Of a DNA stretch of 64,000 nt, positions 27,194-40,422 are shown piece after piece. A program made the position numbers and the translations under genes. The notes below the pieces were generated by a model that had not been told where the DNA came from, did not search any database, and was given only the letters and a program-made list of their open reading frames with translations. Positions within the stretch are counted from its first letter, which is position 1. Each line of letters starts with the position of its first letter. Where the stretch lies: positions 1,674,001-1,738,000 of the forward strand of contig CM074808.1 of the NCBI GenBank assembly GCA_037447605.1, written 5' to 3'. The DNA comes from Zygnema circumcarinatum SAG 698-1b (lineage: Eukaryota > Plantae > Zygnematophyceae).

Positions 27194-27677
27194 CAGTCTA
27201 ATCACGTTATAGTGACTGTGTCGGTCCCCACACATTTGTGTCACTATATCGGTAATGACCCGTTTGTCATTTCACATTTATAGTAACAATGTTAGTACAT
27301 ATGTTTTTGCGGTATACCCGTACGACTTTGATACCGTACATTGTACTTTTTGGGCAGTCGTCACGAGGGTAGGTGTGTACGAACCCTAGTGAGCATGTGT
27401 ACGGACAAATTGATATGTACGGTCAAGGCGATATTTGACGATATTAGTCGATAATGTGTACGGTCGTAATATATTTGTAACGCATATTCAAATACGTGGG
27501 TGGATAATATCGACATTTTGAATATATAGTAACAATTAGGGTTTTTCAACGTCATTATATCCGTAATGGCGTCACTACTGGCGCTGGATATGCAGTGGTG
27601 CAATTCCGTTCCCGGAAAAAAAGTCAGTATATCCATGCTGTTCTTATAAACAGTGTCACTATAACGTGATTAGACTG
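27194..27677. mobile_element. pogo/Tc1-mariner-type MITE (484 bp)
   Basis: Perfect 23-bp TIRs CAGTCTAATCACGTTATAGTGAC (27194-216) and its reverse complement (27655-677), TA on both flanks, subterminal GTCACTAT copy at ~27240, no ORF. Confidence 0.92.
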
Positions 27678-28342
27678 TACTCTAACTTGGAGTTTCACAA
27701 AAGCTCAAACGCACTCCTGCAATCTGCGTATGATCGTTTTTTAGCTCACAGTTGAGGAAGCAGAGTTACCTATGTAGGCAAGACGCATAGGCAGAGATAA
27801 AAAACCTCTTCGCCTTGGATGACTTTACAAAAGTTTTTTTCTTTTCAAATCTACCGTGATGCAGGCACATAACATCACAAAAACCACAACATTGCCATGC
27901 TGAATTACTATTTCATCCTTCCTTCCCATGCGTTTATGCCTAGTGTAGACCGGAGAGAGAGTGGCATGCCGACAGTACCTACATTAGTTTTCAAACAAGC
28001 TCTCCGAATCCAATGCCAATGCATTCTTCAGAATGAACGGAGAGCCACTGCCCTCGCCTCATCTTTCCTGCCGTCGGTCGCTGCGAGTCTGCAGGCAGGC
28101 TGCCACCCTGCAAGGCTGCAACCCTAATTTGGCTCATTTTTTTTTTGGGGGGGGCCTGTCGGTACCTTTGTTTCATTTTCGAAGGGATGCGCGTCCTCCA
28201 CATCTCGCTTCTCTCGCTGCGGTGCGATCCTGCTCGCCATGGCATCTCTTCGTTCGCGCCCTCCTGCCGCCCATGTCTACCTCACACCTCCTCGGGAGGG
28301 AACCGCCGCTTGAAGCGCATGAACAATTTGCACGGAGTCAGT

Positions 28343-30460
28343 ATGGCGTCAGCGGAGAGTCCTGCAGAGACGAAGAAAGGTGCGAGCTTTTGCTACCTTT
28401 TCTCCATATCCCTGAAGTTGTGATGGAAGCGCCAGACTGGGAAGGCTGGCGTTCGTACACATGATTATGGATTTGTTGATGGCGAATTTATTATGAAACC
28501 ACGATTTTGATATGCTTACGAACATTATTAGTTCGCACGAGAGCATCGATGGGTGCTTATTATCCAAACTGGACTTTCCTCGCCTTATAGGACTTCTGAC
28601 GTTTTCACACAATTCAAATGACTCATTGAGTTCTAGGTACACCTGATTTGTATCACCTAAATACCTTATCCGCATTGCCATGCAAAGACTAGCCGGGTGC
28701 GCATGCTCATTTTCGACTGTTGCCGAAGGTGAAGGATGCAGGAAAGGTTGTGGTCGTTACAGGCGTCACAAAGGGCTTAGGTAGAGCTCTCGCTGTGGAA
28801 TTAGCTTCTCGAGGCCATACGGTTGCCGGCTGTGGCCGTTCTGAGGAAAAGCTGCAGTCCCTGAGTGCAACTCTTGGAGCTGGCCATTTCTTTGCGCGAG
28901 CCGATGTTGTAAGTGCTGTCAACACTACGGCCTTAAGATTTTCTTGTCTAAAATTTGAAGAAGCTGCTTATGTGCCTAAGTTGTCGCCATTTAGAGGACG
29001 CTGCAGGCTGGCTGGCGGGGCACAGGCTTCCAATTCTAGTGTCCAAGCTTTCGCAGCTTCTGTGCAAGAAATATTCGGAGCGCCCGACATTCTTGGTCGG
29101 TAGTGGCTTCCTCGGTGATGGGAGTGGACCTGTTACTTAGCCTTCACTTTTCTTGCAAATTATGTTAAAACTGCAAGCTTGCAGATGGTTTGCCCCGCAT
29201 CTTCAGTCTTTCCCGTCACGGGTTTCTTGATGGTTTGTAGTATGTCGAAATAACTCGAGGAATATGGATTAAGTTACTTGAATTGGCCTTACGGCTGAGT
29301 AATTGACGAGCTATAGTCATTCGAAAGTGAACATGAACTTCTTTTCCAGTAACAGATCCATTCTTTTTCCTGTCAGAAATTACTATCAAGTTTAGCAACC
29401 TGTTCGATTTTGTATCGGCTCCTGCATTTTGTCACCGAGAGATTCAGCACGCATTTTCTTAACGGCCAATTTGAATTCCAAATGGTTCTGATTTTCTCTT
29501 TCCATTTCTTTTTAGATTAGTCATGTAGTTAATTGCTTACGCGTACCTCCCTACAACAGTCCTCTTAGATATCAAGTTTGCCCCTTCAGAGTGATTCAGT
29601 CACAAGCAGCCTAATAACGACCTTCGCCCTAGGATGAACTTCATGGACTGAACGTTCCTATATGGTGGCTTCTGTGGCAGTTAACTGTGCGGGGCAAATA
29701 AATCCCAATGCTCGCCTTTGGGATGTTCCTCCAGAAATATTCGATACTGTGGTGGATGTGAATTTGAAGGGCAGTGCCAATGTCATTCGACACTTTGTTC
29801 CGCAAATGATTGCTCGCCACACGGGTGTTATCGTCAATTTTTCCTCTGGGTGGGGTCGATCAGCAGCAGCAGAGGTTGGTGCTACTCACAGCGGATGAGC
29901 CAAACATGTGCAGTGTGGTCACTTAGATGTTAGGAATGCCATGAAAGTATAGGACCCTCGCGGTGAATGGCTGACTGTCTGTCTGCTCTGACACTAGGAA
30001 AGGCCTTATGTAATGCAGGTGGGTCCGTACTGTGCCACAAAATGGGCCATTGAGGGCCTTACAAAATCCTTAGCGAAGGAGCTCCCTCCTGGTCTTATTG
30101 CTGTTGCCCTGAACCCTGGAGTGGTGAACACCGATATGCTCCAAAGCTGCTTTGGAGCTTCTGCAGCTATGTATGCAACACCAGAAGCGTGGTGAGTCAT
30201 CGGTAGAGCACATTTGGAAGTCCGTAGCTCCTTAGTAGAAGGGAGCTTAGAATGCTTTTTGAAGATGTGGATTCATTGTTGTTTGTTTTTTTGTTAGATG
30301 ACCCTTTGTTTCTGAAAGTACATTTGCGTCGATCGTTTAGAACATCTTCACATCCCATCGTGCTGACTTAGCGGCATGGGGTTGCAGGGCTCCGCACTGC
30401 GCATCCCTCATTCTGAGCATATCTCAAGGGGACAATGGCGCTTCTTTGACAGTCGTGTGA
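28343..30460 (+). CDS. PTAR: Short-chain dehydrogenase/reductase, NADPH-dependent pterin aldehyde reductase-like (folate salvage)
   Basis: Exons 28343-28379, 28742-28908, 29026-29095, 29681-29874, 30019-30191 and 30388-30460. Motifs TGVTKGLG, GHTVAGCGRS, NFSSGWGRS, catalytic YCATK, LNPGVVNT and C-terminal GDNGASLTV. In-frame upstream ATGs at 28187 and 28319 could extend the N-terminus. Confidence 0.85.
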
Positions 30461-32039
30461 GCTGTTTGCATTCATATCATGTGTCCAACCTTGTTATGTT
30501 CTTGCTGATGGTGTACACCAAGCAGTGGGTGTGCTCTGCTCTGAGAATAGAGTTCGTTGGAAGAGTTTAAAAAATGATCGGCACCATGGTGGTGCAAGTC
30601 TGTTCGGAGGGATCAATCGGCTATCACTGCTTCAAGAGGGTGAAGGCTGTAACTTCAAAGTTTACGTTGAAAGTAATCCTGCTATTGTCAGAGAAAGGTA
30701 GCGAAAAGTTCAGTGTCTTCCAGATCCTTAGAATGTAGGAATGCAGTTTAGCTTGCTAATTCATTTATCAGATAAACTTGCCATGTTTGGTCGTAAGGGG
30801 CACTTGTTGGCGTGAATTAGTAGAAACCACTTTTTTTTTCCTACTCTGTACAATATCTGGAGCAGCTTCGATTTAATGTGTAGTGGTGCTTATGTTGAGT
30901 GCAGCACATGAAGCGCCTTTGATGCCTTTTGATGTCAACATAGGATTCCTCTTTTGTCAACAGGAAGTATGAAAAATCAAGAAACAGGACACGTTCAGGT
31001 CACCTCTTCTCGAGCTGTCTAAAATTGCAACAGCCTGGCATTATGCTTCTTGCACAATGGCTTAAGAAAGTCGCTATTGCAATACATGGAATAACGAAAC
31101 TCTGGTTTTGAAAAGTGAAGACTACAATTAGATATTTTTGTACGTATTTCACCCAGTTGTAGTGCGAAAAAGCCACTCACAAGATTGCTTCTCACTCAAG
31201 AGAGCATGCACTCCTAATGTGCGTCACCTAATCATTCCCATCCTTACAGGCAGAAACTCTTTACAATGCAGGCTCAGAATATAAGACTGCCAGACGACGC
31301 TATACAAAGGAAAGAGAAAACTGTCACTGAGAGTACGTTGACCTTGATATTCACGCTGGGCATGCAAACAGTGCAAGAGTAGTCCCTGATCCGAATAATT
31401 CGGAAGCAGCCCGGTGAAACAATCTTGCTTCATCCATCAATCCATCTGGAGTGTGGCCTCAGTGCAGTTTGCATCTCTACAGGCAAAGTCATGGCAACTA
31501 CTGAAACTTCTTAAATCACCACCAAATTTTGGGTGCCATCAGGATGGCTAGTCGGCAGACCTCTGTGCGGCGGCGGGAGAGAAATACAGAGAGATGTCGA
31601 TCGCGTGTAGGCCTGAATTGTATGCGAGAGTACATGCGGGGAAATGAACTAGGAGTCTGGAGGCCCCGGAAGTATCACGGACAGCAGGAGAGGAGAAGAA
31701 GGGAGGGAGGGCGCAGGGAGGCGATAGACTGGAGAGGGTTGAGAGAGAAATAAAGAGAGGTAAATGTGAACCAACGGAAAAAAAATCCGGGAGAAAGGAG
31801 TGAGAAAGGAAGGGAAAAGGAAGCACGCGAAAAGGGGGGCAGAGAGAAGTGGGGGGGACAAGGGGTGACTAGCAAGACACTTGGAAAACGAAATTGAAAT
31901 TTATTGTCCTGCTCACGTTTAATTGAACCTTGTTGATGCCAAGCTGTTGTCTGTTTGAGCTCTTTATATAAAACCATGGTGATCATCATTATCAGAAAAC
32001 TGATGACAAATTACCTCCTTCCCAGGGCCGGGGAGACAA

Positions 32040-32722
32040 AGCGACCGATTGCACAACAGAGCGTTACCTGAGCCAGTTGTGACGCCAATAGCTACCACAA
32101 TTTTTTTCCCATCTTCCCCCCTCCAGCAACAGCCGAATAGCATGCGCATCCAGCTAGTCCTAGCATGAGCCATGTAAAGAGTGTAAGAACCTGCAGAAGA
32201 CTTCCGAGGCGAGGAAAGTCCAGAATTGACTAATAGGCATCTTGCGATGCCCTCAGGTGACCTAAAATGCATAATGTCGTAAAAAAATCAAAACCCTGAA
32301 TTTCACCTTCAGGGTGCCTTCACCACATCCACGATCATATTTGGTGCGAGTGCCAGCCTCCCAGTCTGGTGCTTCCTTCACAACTTCAAAGAGATAAAGA
32401 AAAAGCAGCAAAAGTTCGCACCTTCATTCATCTCTCCAGGACTGTCTGTTGACGCCGTGTTGACTGTCTCAGTGCCTGCAAGTCGTTCATGCGCTTCAAC
32501 GGCGGCTCCCTCCCGGCGAGGCGTGCAGGGGAGATAGACGGGGCGGCAGGAGGGCGCGAAAGAAGAGATGCCATGGGGCGCAGGGTCGCACCGGAGAGAG
32601 AGGAGAGAGAGGAGAGAGATGTGGAGGGCGGGCATCCTCTCGAAAGGGAAACGCACCGGCAATGGTCAAGTTAGGCTTGAAGGCTTGCAGTCTGCGGGCC
32701 TGCGCTGACGGGAGGAAACATG
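32040..32722 (-). pseudogene. Inverted, truncated, decayed duplicate of the 5' end of the PTAR gene (5' region, exon 1, intron 1, start of exon 2)
   Basis: The reverse complement aligns to ~28058-28805: HISLLSLRCDP..HGISSFAPSCRP in both, intron motif CTGGACTTTCCTCGCCT in both, and KIVVAIGVTTGSGNAL vs KVVVVTGVTKGLGRAL. Similarity ends after the start of exon 2. Confidence 0.85.
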
Positions 32723-33273
32723 GGCCAATGCCAATTCACATTGCTATTTTAACGCTGCTTCATTCGGGAAGTTAGTTTGTAAACTAGTCTACCGACTGTT
32801 GGTTGCTCTACCTGCATTTCGGTGCACATTGCAAGAAGAATGGAGCATTGTGCATAGCAATGTTTGATTTGTCTTTGATGTGAACCTTCCACATACTACA
32901 TGCACGAGTATCTTTCTACCTCTTTCACACCCCACAGGACCGATCTTCGACATTAGAATTGTAAACCGAGTAGAATGGGCAGTGCCTTTATAGAGTTGTG
33001 AGCCCCGAAAGCTCACATTCGCGCTCCCTTTATTGAACATGTGAAGGTTCCGTACGGTACGCCGCCGTCATGCAGATAGCGTTAAGTGACTGCTTGACCG
33101 GCGGCCATGCATGTCCTGCATGGCGAGCAAGAAGGCGGAGCATTGTGCAGGCCTTGCTGGATCTCTGATAAAATGACTGAAGACCGGTCATCCCAGGGCT
33201 GTGTTGCAGGCGAGCGGCAAGTGCTGGTGCTCGCAAGTCTAGAAAGAGCTCGAACCTTCTCACGCTTGCAATA

Positions 33274-34778
33274 ATGCAGAAGGAAATTAAGTGCACCGAG
33301 TGTACGAGGATTTTTAGAGGCAAGGTGGACTATCAGCAGCATCGTGCTGCTACTCACGGTGCTGTAAAGGGAAGGCAGGAACGAAAATGTTCGTTTTGTT
33401 CGAGGATTTTTAAGAGCGACGTCAGCTATAAGCAGCACTTAGATGCTAGTCACCCGCGAAAAAAATCTCCCGATCTGAAGCTGCAAACGGCGACCGTGAA
33501 TCCTCCAGCAAGGTTGCCAGCTGCCATACCAAGGGGGCAGTCTCCAGCAAATAATCAGGTGAGCACTTTCCCAGGTTTTATTCGAAGGCTTTACGCTATT
33601 GGTAAATTTACTTTGTCAAGGTTCAAGGCAGTGCCTAGTCGTTTCCTGTCTTCCGTTGCTCAAATGGCGCCATATTTTAAATCTCGAGTCTTTTAGTGGG
33701 ATTTACAAATTTGTTCGTTATCCATTGATGCCCATGCCTTTCTTTTGCACGATTAATGACATACCGGGAAACTGGCTATGTGAGACAGGCGGTAAAACTT
33801 GTTTGTAAAATATGTGGAAAGGGTGCTTTTAAGAAGGATGAAGATCGTCTTCTGCACGAGCTGATGAGCCATGCAGGTTGGAAGCACTTTCCAATTTGGA
33901 AACGCTTTGCCTTAAAACATATTGGGTCATGTGATTGGTTTGAAGCACATGGGTTGGAGCGTATGAAACAGTTTTTTTAGCTTGAGGTATGATCAGCGTT
34001 AAGCAGTTAGCTAAGTCTTGTAAGGTCGCAATTTGCAGTACGTCGTTGTTCGGTGCCTTGACTATCCCCGCGCGATAATTGCATGCCTTAGTGTTGCTGG
34101 TTTTGCTCTTGCCTCTGTTACTGCTGATCGTGTTATTTTTTTTTCCTATTGGCAGTTGCGGCAGTTGCAGATAACGATGAAATGCGGACTAAGATAGAGC
34201 TTGAGTTCAGGCTGTCTTGGCTGGAGCGAAATCTTCGACCTGAAAAAGTGGAACAAATCTTACGAGTGAACACGGCAGTAAAATCAACTGCAGCCTTCGA
34301 GCAGTATCGGAAAAGTGTCGAGGCGGAAGGCATTTCAGGAAGTGACGTGAGAGTATATCACGGCACGACGCTGACATGCGATCTCGGAATTAACGGGAAT
34401 TCAACCGTTTGTAACAGAATTTCGTGCAACCTTTGCAACATCATCAAATCGGGATTCAAGACTAAGAAGGCCAATCGCCAATCGTTTTTACGATTTGGTT
34501 ACGGAATCTACACGACTATGACCCCAAGCAAGGCGCATCATTACAGTAGAGGAAGTGAAGGTGGGCTCGGGGCAGGCAGGCGCGCCCTATTGCTTTGCAG
34601 AGTCATTGTCGGTAAGGCGTTTTACACGACAAAGAACATGCCTGAACTTACTCGACCGCCGGAGGGTTACCATTCAGTAGTGGGTACACCAGGCGAGAAT
34701 TTGCAGTTTGGTGAAGTTGTCGTGTACGATCCAAGGGCGATAGTTTTAGAATTCATCATCATATATACATACAGATAG
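33274..34778 (+). CDS. C2H2 zinc-finger (x3) plus PARP-like ADP-ribosyltransferase domain protein
   Basis: Exons 33274-33558, 33789-33876 and 34156-34778 join in frame. Fingers CTEC..H..H, CSFC..H..H and CKIC..H..H. ART motifs YHGT, a Cys-rich insert, RFGYGIY, ALLLCRVIVG, GYHSVVG and GEVVVY. Confidence 0.85.
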
Positions 34779-35179
34779 AAATCTAGGACAAGGGAATGGA
34801 TAGCTTAACTTGCGTTTGTGGAGGTGCCTGTTAGTCCGATCATTTGCACCGATTCAGATGACTAATACAAAATATTGTATTCGTTCTCTGAATCGGCAGT
34901 TTTGATAAGAATGCACATTTCAGACCTCAGCCTGAACATCGCCTCTCATCTGACGTGTTTTTTATTTTTGTTTCCTTTTGAGTGAAATGGCTTGCTGTTT
35001 TGCATATCGAGCATGTCAAATAATAGCATATTCAATTGAACGAAAGCAGGCCACTTCTAGGATATATTCACATGGCATTTTCAACATTAATTCCACAGCG
35101 TCAAGTGTGCATGGACTGGCCCTGCCCTTTTCCTGCTCCAAAATGCAATTTAAGCATTGGAATAGCTGCTGGTAGAGAC

Positions 35180-38100
35180 CTAAGCCCCTTCTCCCGGAGG
35201 AGGCCGTTGACGGCCATCCGGAATAGCAATAAGTGACATTGGCTTGGAAGGCCGAATGTACGGCACATCACATATGTAGTAGCCCTTCCTCTCTAACTGA
35301 ATGATCTCCCCCTTCTTTAAATTCCGCATGTTAGCATCTCCAATTGCCGAAATTTCCCACCGTGTTTTGGAATTCAATACCGTTGTGAAATCGTCATCCT
35401 CTTCCAGCTGCACATCCGATCACCAAACCCCATCAGTCCCCCCTCTTCTCATCCCCTTTTCTCCATAGACCTCAGCCTTCATCTCGTACCAACACTAACC
35501 GCAAACCTGAATAAAACCTGTTGAAATGGGAAACAAGGGAACCAAAGGACAAGAACAGGCCCATCCACCTAAATCCCGTTTATGTAGAAAAAAATCCAGA
35601 CACAAAAGTTGAGCTTTCACCATCCTCTTCTCACCTTCTTCTTCGTAATCAGATGATCAAGCTCCACCAGAGTAAGTGGCACCAACTCCTCAATCTCTGG
35701 CAACCACGTGAGCTTCAGCTTCGTAGTCTTCACCGAACCTTCAAGATGCAGTTGTCCCTCCAACCCCACCACTCTCCCCATATCATCCTTCACAACCTTC
35801 TCCACAAATGCATTCCCCCAGTCCATCAGAGTCACCTCCTCCCCTTCACTAACGGCTGCTGCGTCGGCTTGGTCAAGCCAAATCCTTCGAGTGAACGATG
35901 TTGCCTTTTTTCCCGCCGGCTCGTACTTTTTGTGGCGAGGAATGATGCGAACAAAAGGCTCCGCCGGTCCGTCCTTAAGGAAGAAGAGGACTCGCCCTTG
36001 GGAGAGAACAGCGGTGTGGCGAGGGCAGATGGGGTCGATCACTTTCTTGTTCATGGTCCACAGCTTGTCCCATTCCATCAGGTTCAGGTTCTTAGAGGCG
36101 CCCTGCAGCCCATGGGCAGTCCCAAAAGATTGCTCTAAGGGTGGGCAACATCAATGGAATAGTGTGGAGGAACAGTGAACTAAGGACTGCAAAAAACAAA
36201 GTATGCACTCAAGAATCCAGCTGTGGCACATGAGACTAACAAGGTGAAGACAAAAGGTCTAAGGAGACGAAGAGAGAGAGGAACAGTGGGCCGAACCTAC
36301 ACACTGTCTGGCAACGAACTAACTGCTGGCAAGAGTCTTGTTTGCACGTCACAAGTAAACTTTTATAGAATATAAAAGGATCATTCAAGAAACCAACCGA
36401 GCGTTCTTCTCCAACTTCTTCTCTCGTTTGCAAAAATCGCATATTACACTCTCCGGAAAAGCGCGTACACCGTCACAAAACGTTTCAATAGCTCTAAAAG
36501 CATTTGCACGAAAAACAGACCCTTGGCAACCAGCAGATTGCTCAAACTTCTCCATATCTCCCACCTGAGACAGAATAAACTGCTTCAGGGCTTCCACAGT
36601 GAGCCCCCTCCGCAAGATGCCCTGCACCGTTGGGAAGCGCGGATCGTTCCATCCCTCCACTTTGCCGGTATCGACAAACCATGCGAGCTTGCGTTTAGAA
36701 AGGAGAGTGTATTGGAAATTGAGTCGGCTGAAATCATAAATGTGAACCTTTCGCAGACCCATGTCCTGTTGCCCCACCCAGAGTACATTCAAAGCAGCAT
36801 TGGCAGGTGCCCATATTTACTCTCAAAAAACATAACGGTACAAATTCATTAACGGATGCTTCCAAAAGTCCAAGGAAATCACACGCTCCTGCCATGTAAA
36901 AAGCAGAAGTTAGGCAAATGGTGCAAGCTCCGTCCTTTCCTTGAGAAGCAAAAGTTTCTCTATAATTTGCGTATTTCATTCCATCACAATTCCCACAGTT
37001 TTTGTAAAGGTCCGTGCCTTAGGGACACTCTTCTAATTGGATCGTTAGGAGTAGGATAGAACTTGAGTCTTGCTTGTCAAGAAAAGTAAGCATGGATGCA
37101 CAACTCGCCACGGAAGTCAGCAAAGCCATCAGTGAGGAAATAGTTTGATTCTGAACACTCACACACCTCCATTATGCGCATGTATTGCTCGTTTCGGTCA
37201 TGATATTCGCTTGATCGCAATGCATGGGTAACCCCTTCTATAGAGTCCACATATGGGCAGGCAAAGTCGTAAGTAGGATAAGCTTTATACTTATTTCCGA
37301 CACGGTGATGAGGAGTAGGATTGCAGCGATAGTATACAGGATCCCTCATGGTGCCGTTCACACTCTGCATATCCAGTTTGCCTCTCAGGCAGCATTCTAT
37401 CCCCCTCGCACTCCCTGCAAGCATTTCACGCCACAGGCTAAGGTTCTGTTCCACTGTATTGGTCCGGTTCTTGGATTCAATGCACTTCATCCTCTCATTG
37501 CGCATTTGCTCCAATGGAGTGTCATCAACGTAAGCTTTTCCTTCCTTGATCAGCTTTTCTGCCATAACCTGCAGGGGAAAAACTCTCTCAACAGGGGAAG
37601 AGTTAGTACAAGAACGGCCAGTGGGCAGCAAAGTGGGACAGTCTTCTCAGATTTTTTAACCAGGGGGAAACAATTTTTACTTGAGAAGTGAAGACTACAG
37701 TAAGAAAAGTAGTTACAGAAGGTCCTTGGCCACTTCAGCTATAGTACGGTACCGTTGATTTCACAAAAGCTCACGGCGATATCATGTTTCGATAACGCAT
37801 GCTTTCAAAGAAACGTTCTCTCAGAAGGTAAACCGTCTCACTCACCTGAAGTTCATCAAAATAATCTGACGTGTAAGTGATCTTCTCTCCCTTCACCCCC
37901 AGTGTTTCAAGGTCTGCCAAGATGCTTTCCACAAACTCATCCTTCTCCTTTGATGGGTTTGTGTCGTCAAACCGAATCAATAATTTTCCTTTGTATTTCT
38001 CTGCAAAAAATTGGTTCATCAGTGCCGCCTTTGCGTGTCCGATGTGCAGATACCCACTTGGCTCTGGTGGAAATCGTGTGCACACCTGCCCCTCTACTGC

Positions 38101-39884
38101 TTCTGGGAGGTCGATTTCAGCAGGCCCTTCGACCCTTTCATTGCCCTTCTTCTCTCCCCCCTTCCCTCCGCCCGCTCCCTTTTCCTGGGTTTTCCCTCCT
38201 CCCGGCTTTGCCCCAGCATCGTTCACCTTTGCGCTTCTTTCTCCTCTCGCCGCGCCTTTCTTAACCTTGCCAAACTCATCGACAACGACTCTTAAAGTAG
38301 GAGCTGTTGCGAAGGTGGTGTTGTACCAGCGAATAAGATTGGGAAACTTGGGAGTGGGAGACTTGCGCAAGTCGTCCCACCTTTGGCCTGTGGCTGCTCA
38401 TTGATGACATTAAAGGATGCACCATAAGACACATGCGAGGAATGTGAGATAGTCAGGCATGTGGACACAGGGAAGCTGAGAATGAAACATCGCATGCTGG
38501 GCTGCTGGATCAGATAAGGTTAGATGGCAAATGAGGGCATAATTTCACCAGCTACAAGTATTTGAGGAAGTGTTTTTCCGTTCCAAAGGCTCCTACGAGA
38601 TAATTTTGTACGGTCTAGTATGCATTTGTGAAGAAGTACAGGTAAATTATAGTGGGTTCAGAACCAACGCAACCTTACTTTAAGCATAACGATGAAGGTA
38701 AGTGCATGTGGATCACTCTTTTAAGTTTATTACTTGACCGTGAAGAGAGATTAGCAATTTGTTAGAGTACCTAGGAAAAGCCCGCCGGGAAAACTCGAAG
38801 CTAATCACACTTGCACGGCTCCGCCATGCTTCATTCTTAATTTACTCCCATGGTCTCTTCTCTTCGACAATGTTTTTCCTGTTGGTTGGGAAAGCTTTAC
38901 ACATCACGACGCTATGCAATTCATTCCCATGCCTTACGTGATGATGGTTGCTTTCCCGACGTCTAGTGGTTAAACAATCTTCTATAAGCCTCTAAAGTAA
39001 GCTTTAAACGCTTTATAAAATCAGGAAAAAAATCTTTATTCTGAAGAAAGTTAATACCTGTCAAACTGGTCCACACGGCCACATCGGCAATGCTCAAGTC
39101 GTAGCCAACTAGAAACGTCCTCAACAGAAGGTATGAATCAATGTATGAACACGCTTGGTCGAACTCCGCACCGTTTGCCAAAATGGGGGCATATTCAATC
39201 CACTCATCAATCTACTTCCCACCCATCATCTTGAAAAAAAATCAAAATGTATTTTTTGCTATAATCAACGATTCAAGCTTCACTAACCCTTTTTTCTGGT
39301 GAGGCATGTGAATTACCTGATTTAAAGCATGGGTGGTTGCAAACAAAAATCATTTACGTGAGCTTGAATCGACTTGAGCCTAGCCCGGCTGCGTGGACCA
39401 GCCTGACAGGAAAAGCATCTCTTTAACTCGAGTTTGCAATCACAAAAACTGGATTACTCCGGTAGTTCAGTTCTCTATATCAAACCCTCCGTACCCTCAC
39501 CTGCCCTGCCAGGAGCGGCGTAGAGTCATAAAACCCCTCCAGTTTGCTAATTCTTCCAAAGTACCGAAGCAAAGTCGCTGCGCCCAGAAGCTCTTCCCTG
39601 CACGCCGCTCCAATTTTGAAACTCAAGCCCTAAAAAAATTACTACACATAACACTTTCCCAGTGAATTAGGCCGATACATGAGCATATAGCCAAATGCAA
39701 CAAGACACCTCCAAAATCAACATCCCCTCCCTCATACTTACTTGTCCGCTAGTGTCAGCACAGGCGGTGCCTCTGCGTTGAGCTGCTCGTCTGGCCTCGC
39801 CACGCATTCTACTCCAGAGATCCTCGCTGCAGCCAGGGCCGCTAGCGGAGGGTTAGCAGGCGCATAGCGCAGCTGCAGCGCCAT
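35180..39884 (-). CDS. GluRS: Glutamate--tRNA ligase, cytoplasmic (N-terminal GST-like domain)
   Basis: Start [17 protein letters not shown] at 39884. Motifs [66 protein letters not shown] and IPDG; stop at 35180. Confidence 0.96.
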
Positions 39885-40422
39885 GGCGGCCGGCGTCCGT
39901 CAAGCTCAGCGAGCTAGAAACCCGCCAGAAATGATCCTGCAGCCTTGCGAGCCGCAAGGAGGGAGGAGAGGAGAGGAGAGGGAGGGAGAGGCGCGGGAGA
40001 GAGCACAGCTGGCGAGTAAAAGTGCTGGCTTGAGTGAAGCCCTCCCCGACCAGCGTGGCTGCTACATGCACAAAATTAGCCCGTTCAGATAATCTCACAT
40101 AGATTCCCTGTTCTATTAACGTTAAACTCTCAAAACTGTGACAGGAAAAATCGGAAAAAGGTGAGCATAGAAACAGGTGCGCAGTCCGTACGGACAGGGG
40201 CCTGCCTGCCGAGCTCGTTCAAAATTTCCGAATGGCAGGCGCCGCCAAATCCGGAAGCCAACGGTCACATTTGGTGAATGGGAAGGAGCAGGGCTGCCCT
40301 CTGCTGCTGCTGCTGCTGCTGCTGCTGCAGAGGAGCTGCGGCCTGCAGGTCGGCTTGTTAGGGCTAGAGATTAAAATTTGGGCCAGTGAGGAGGGTTAGT
40401 TCCACAGGGAGGGAAGGAATCC

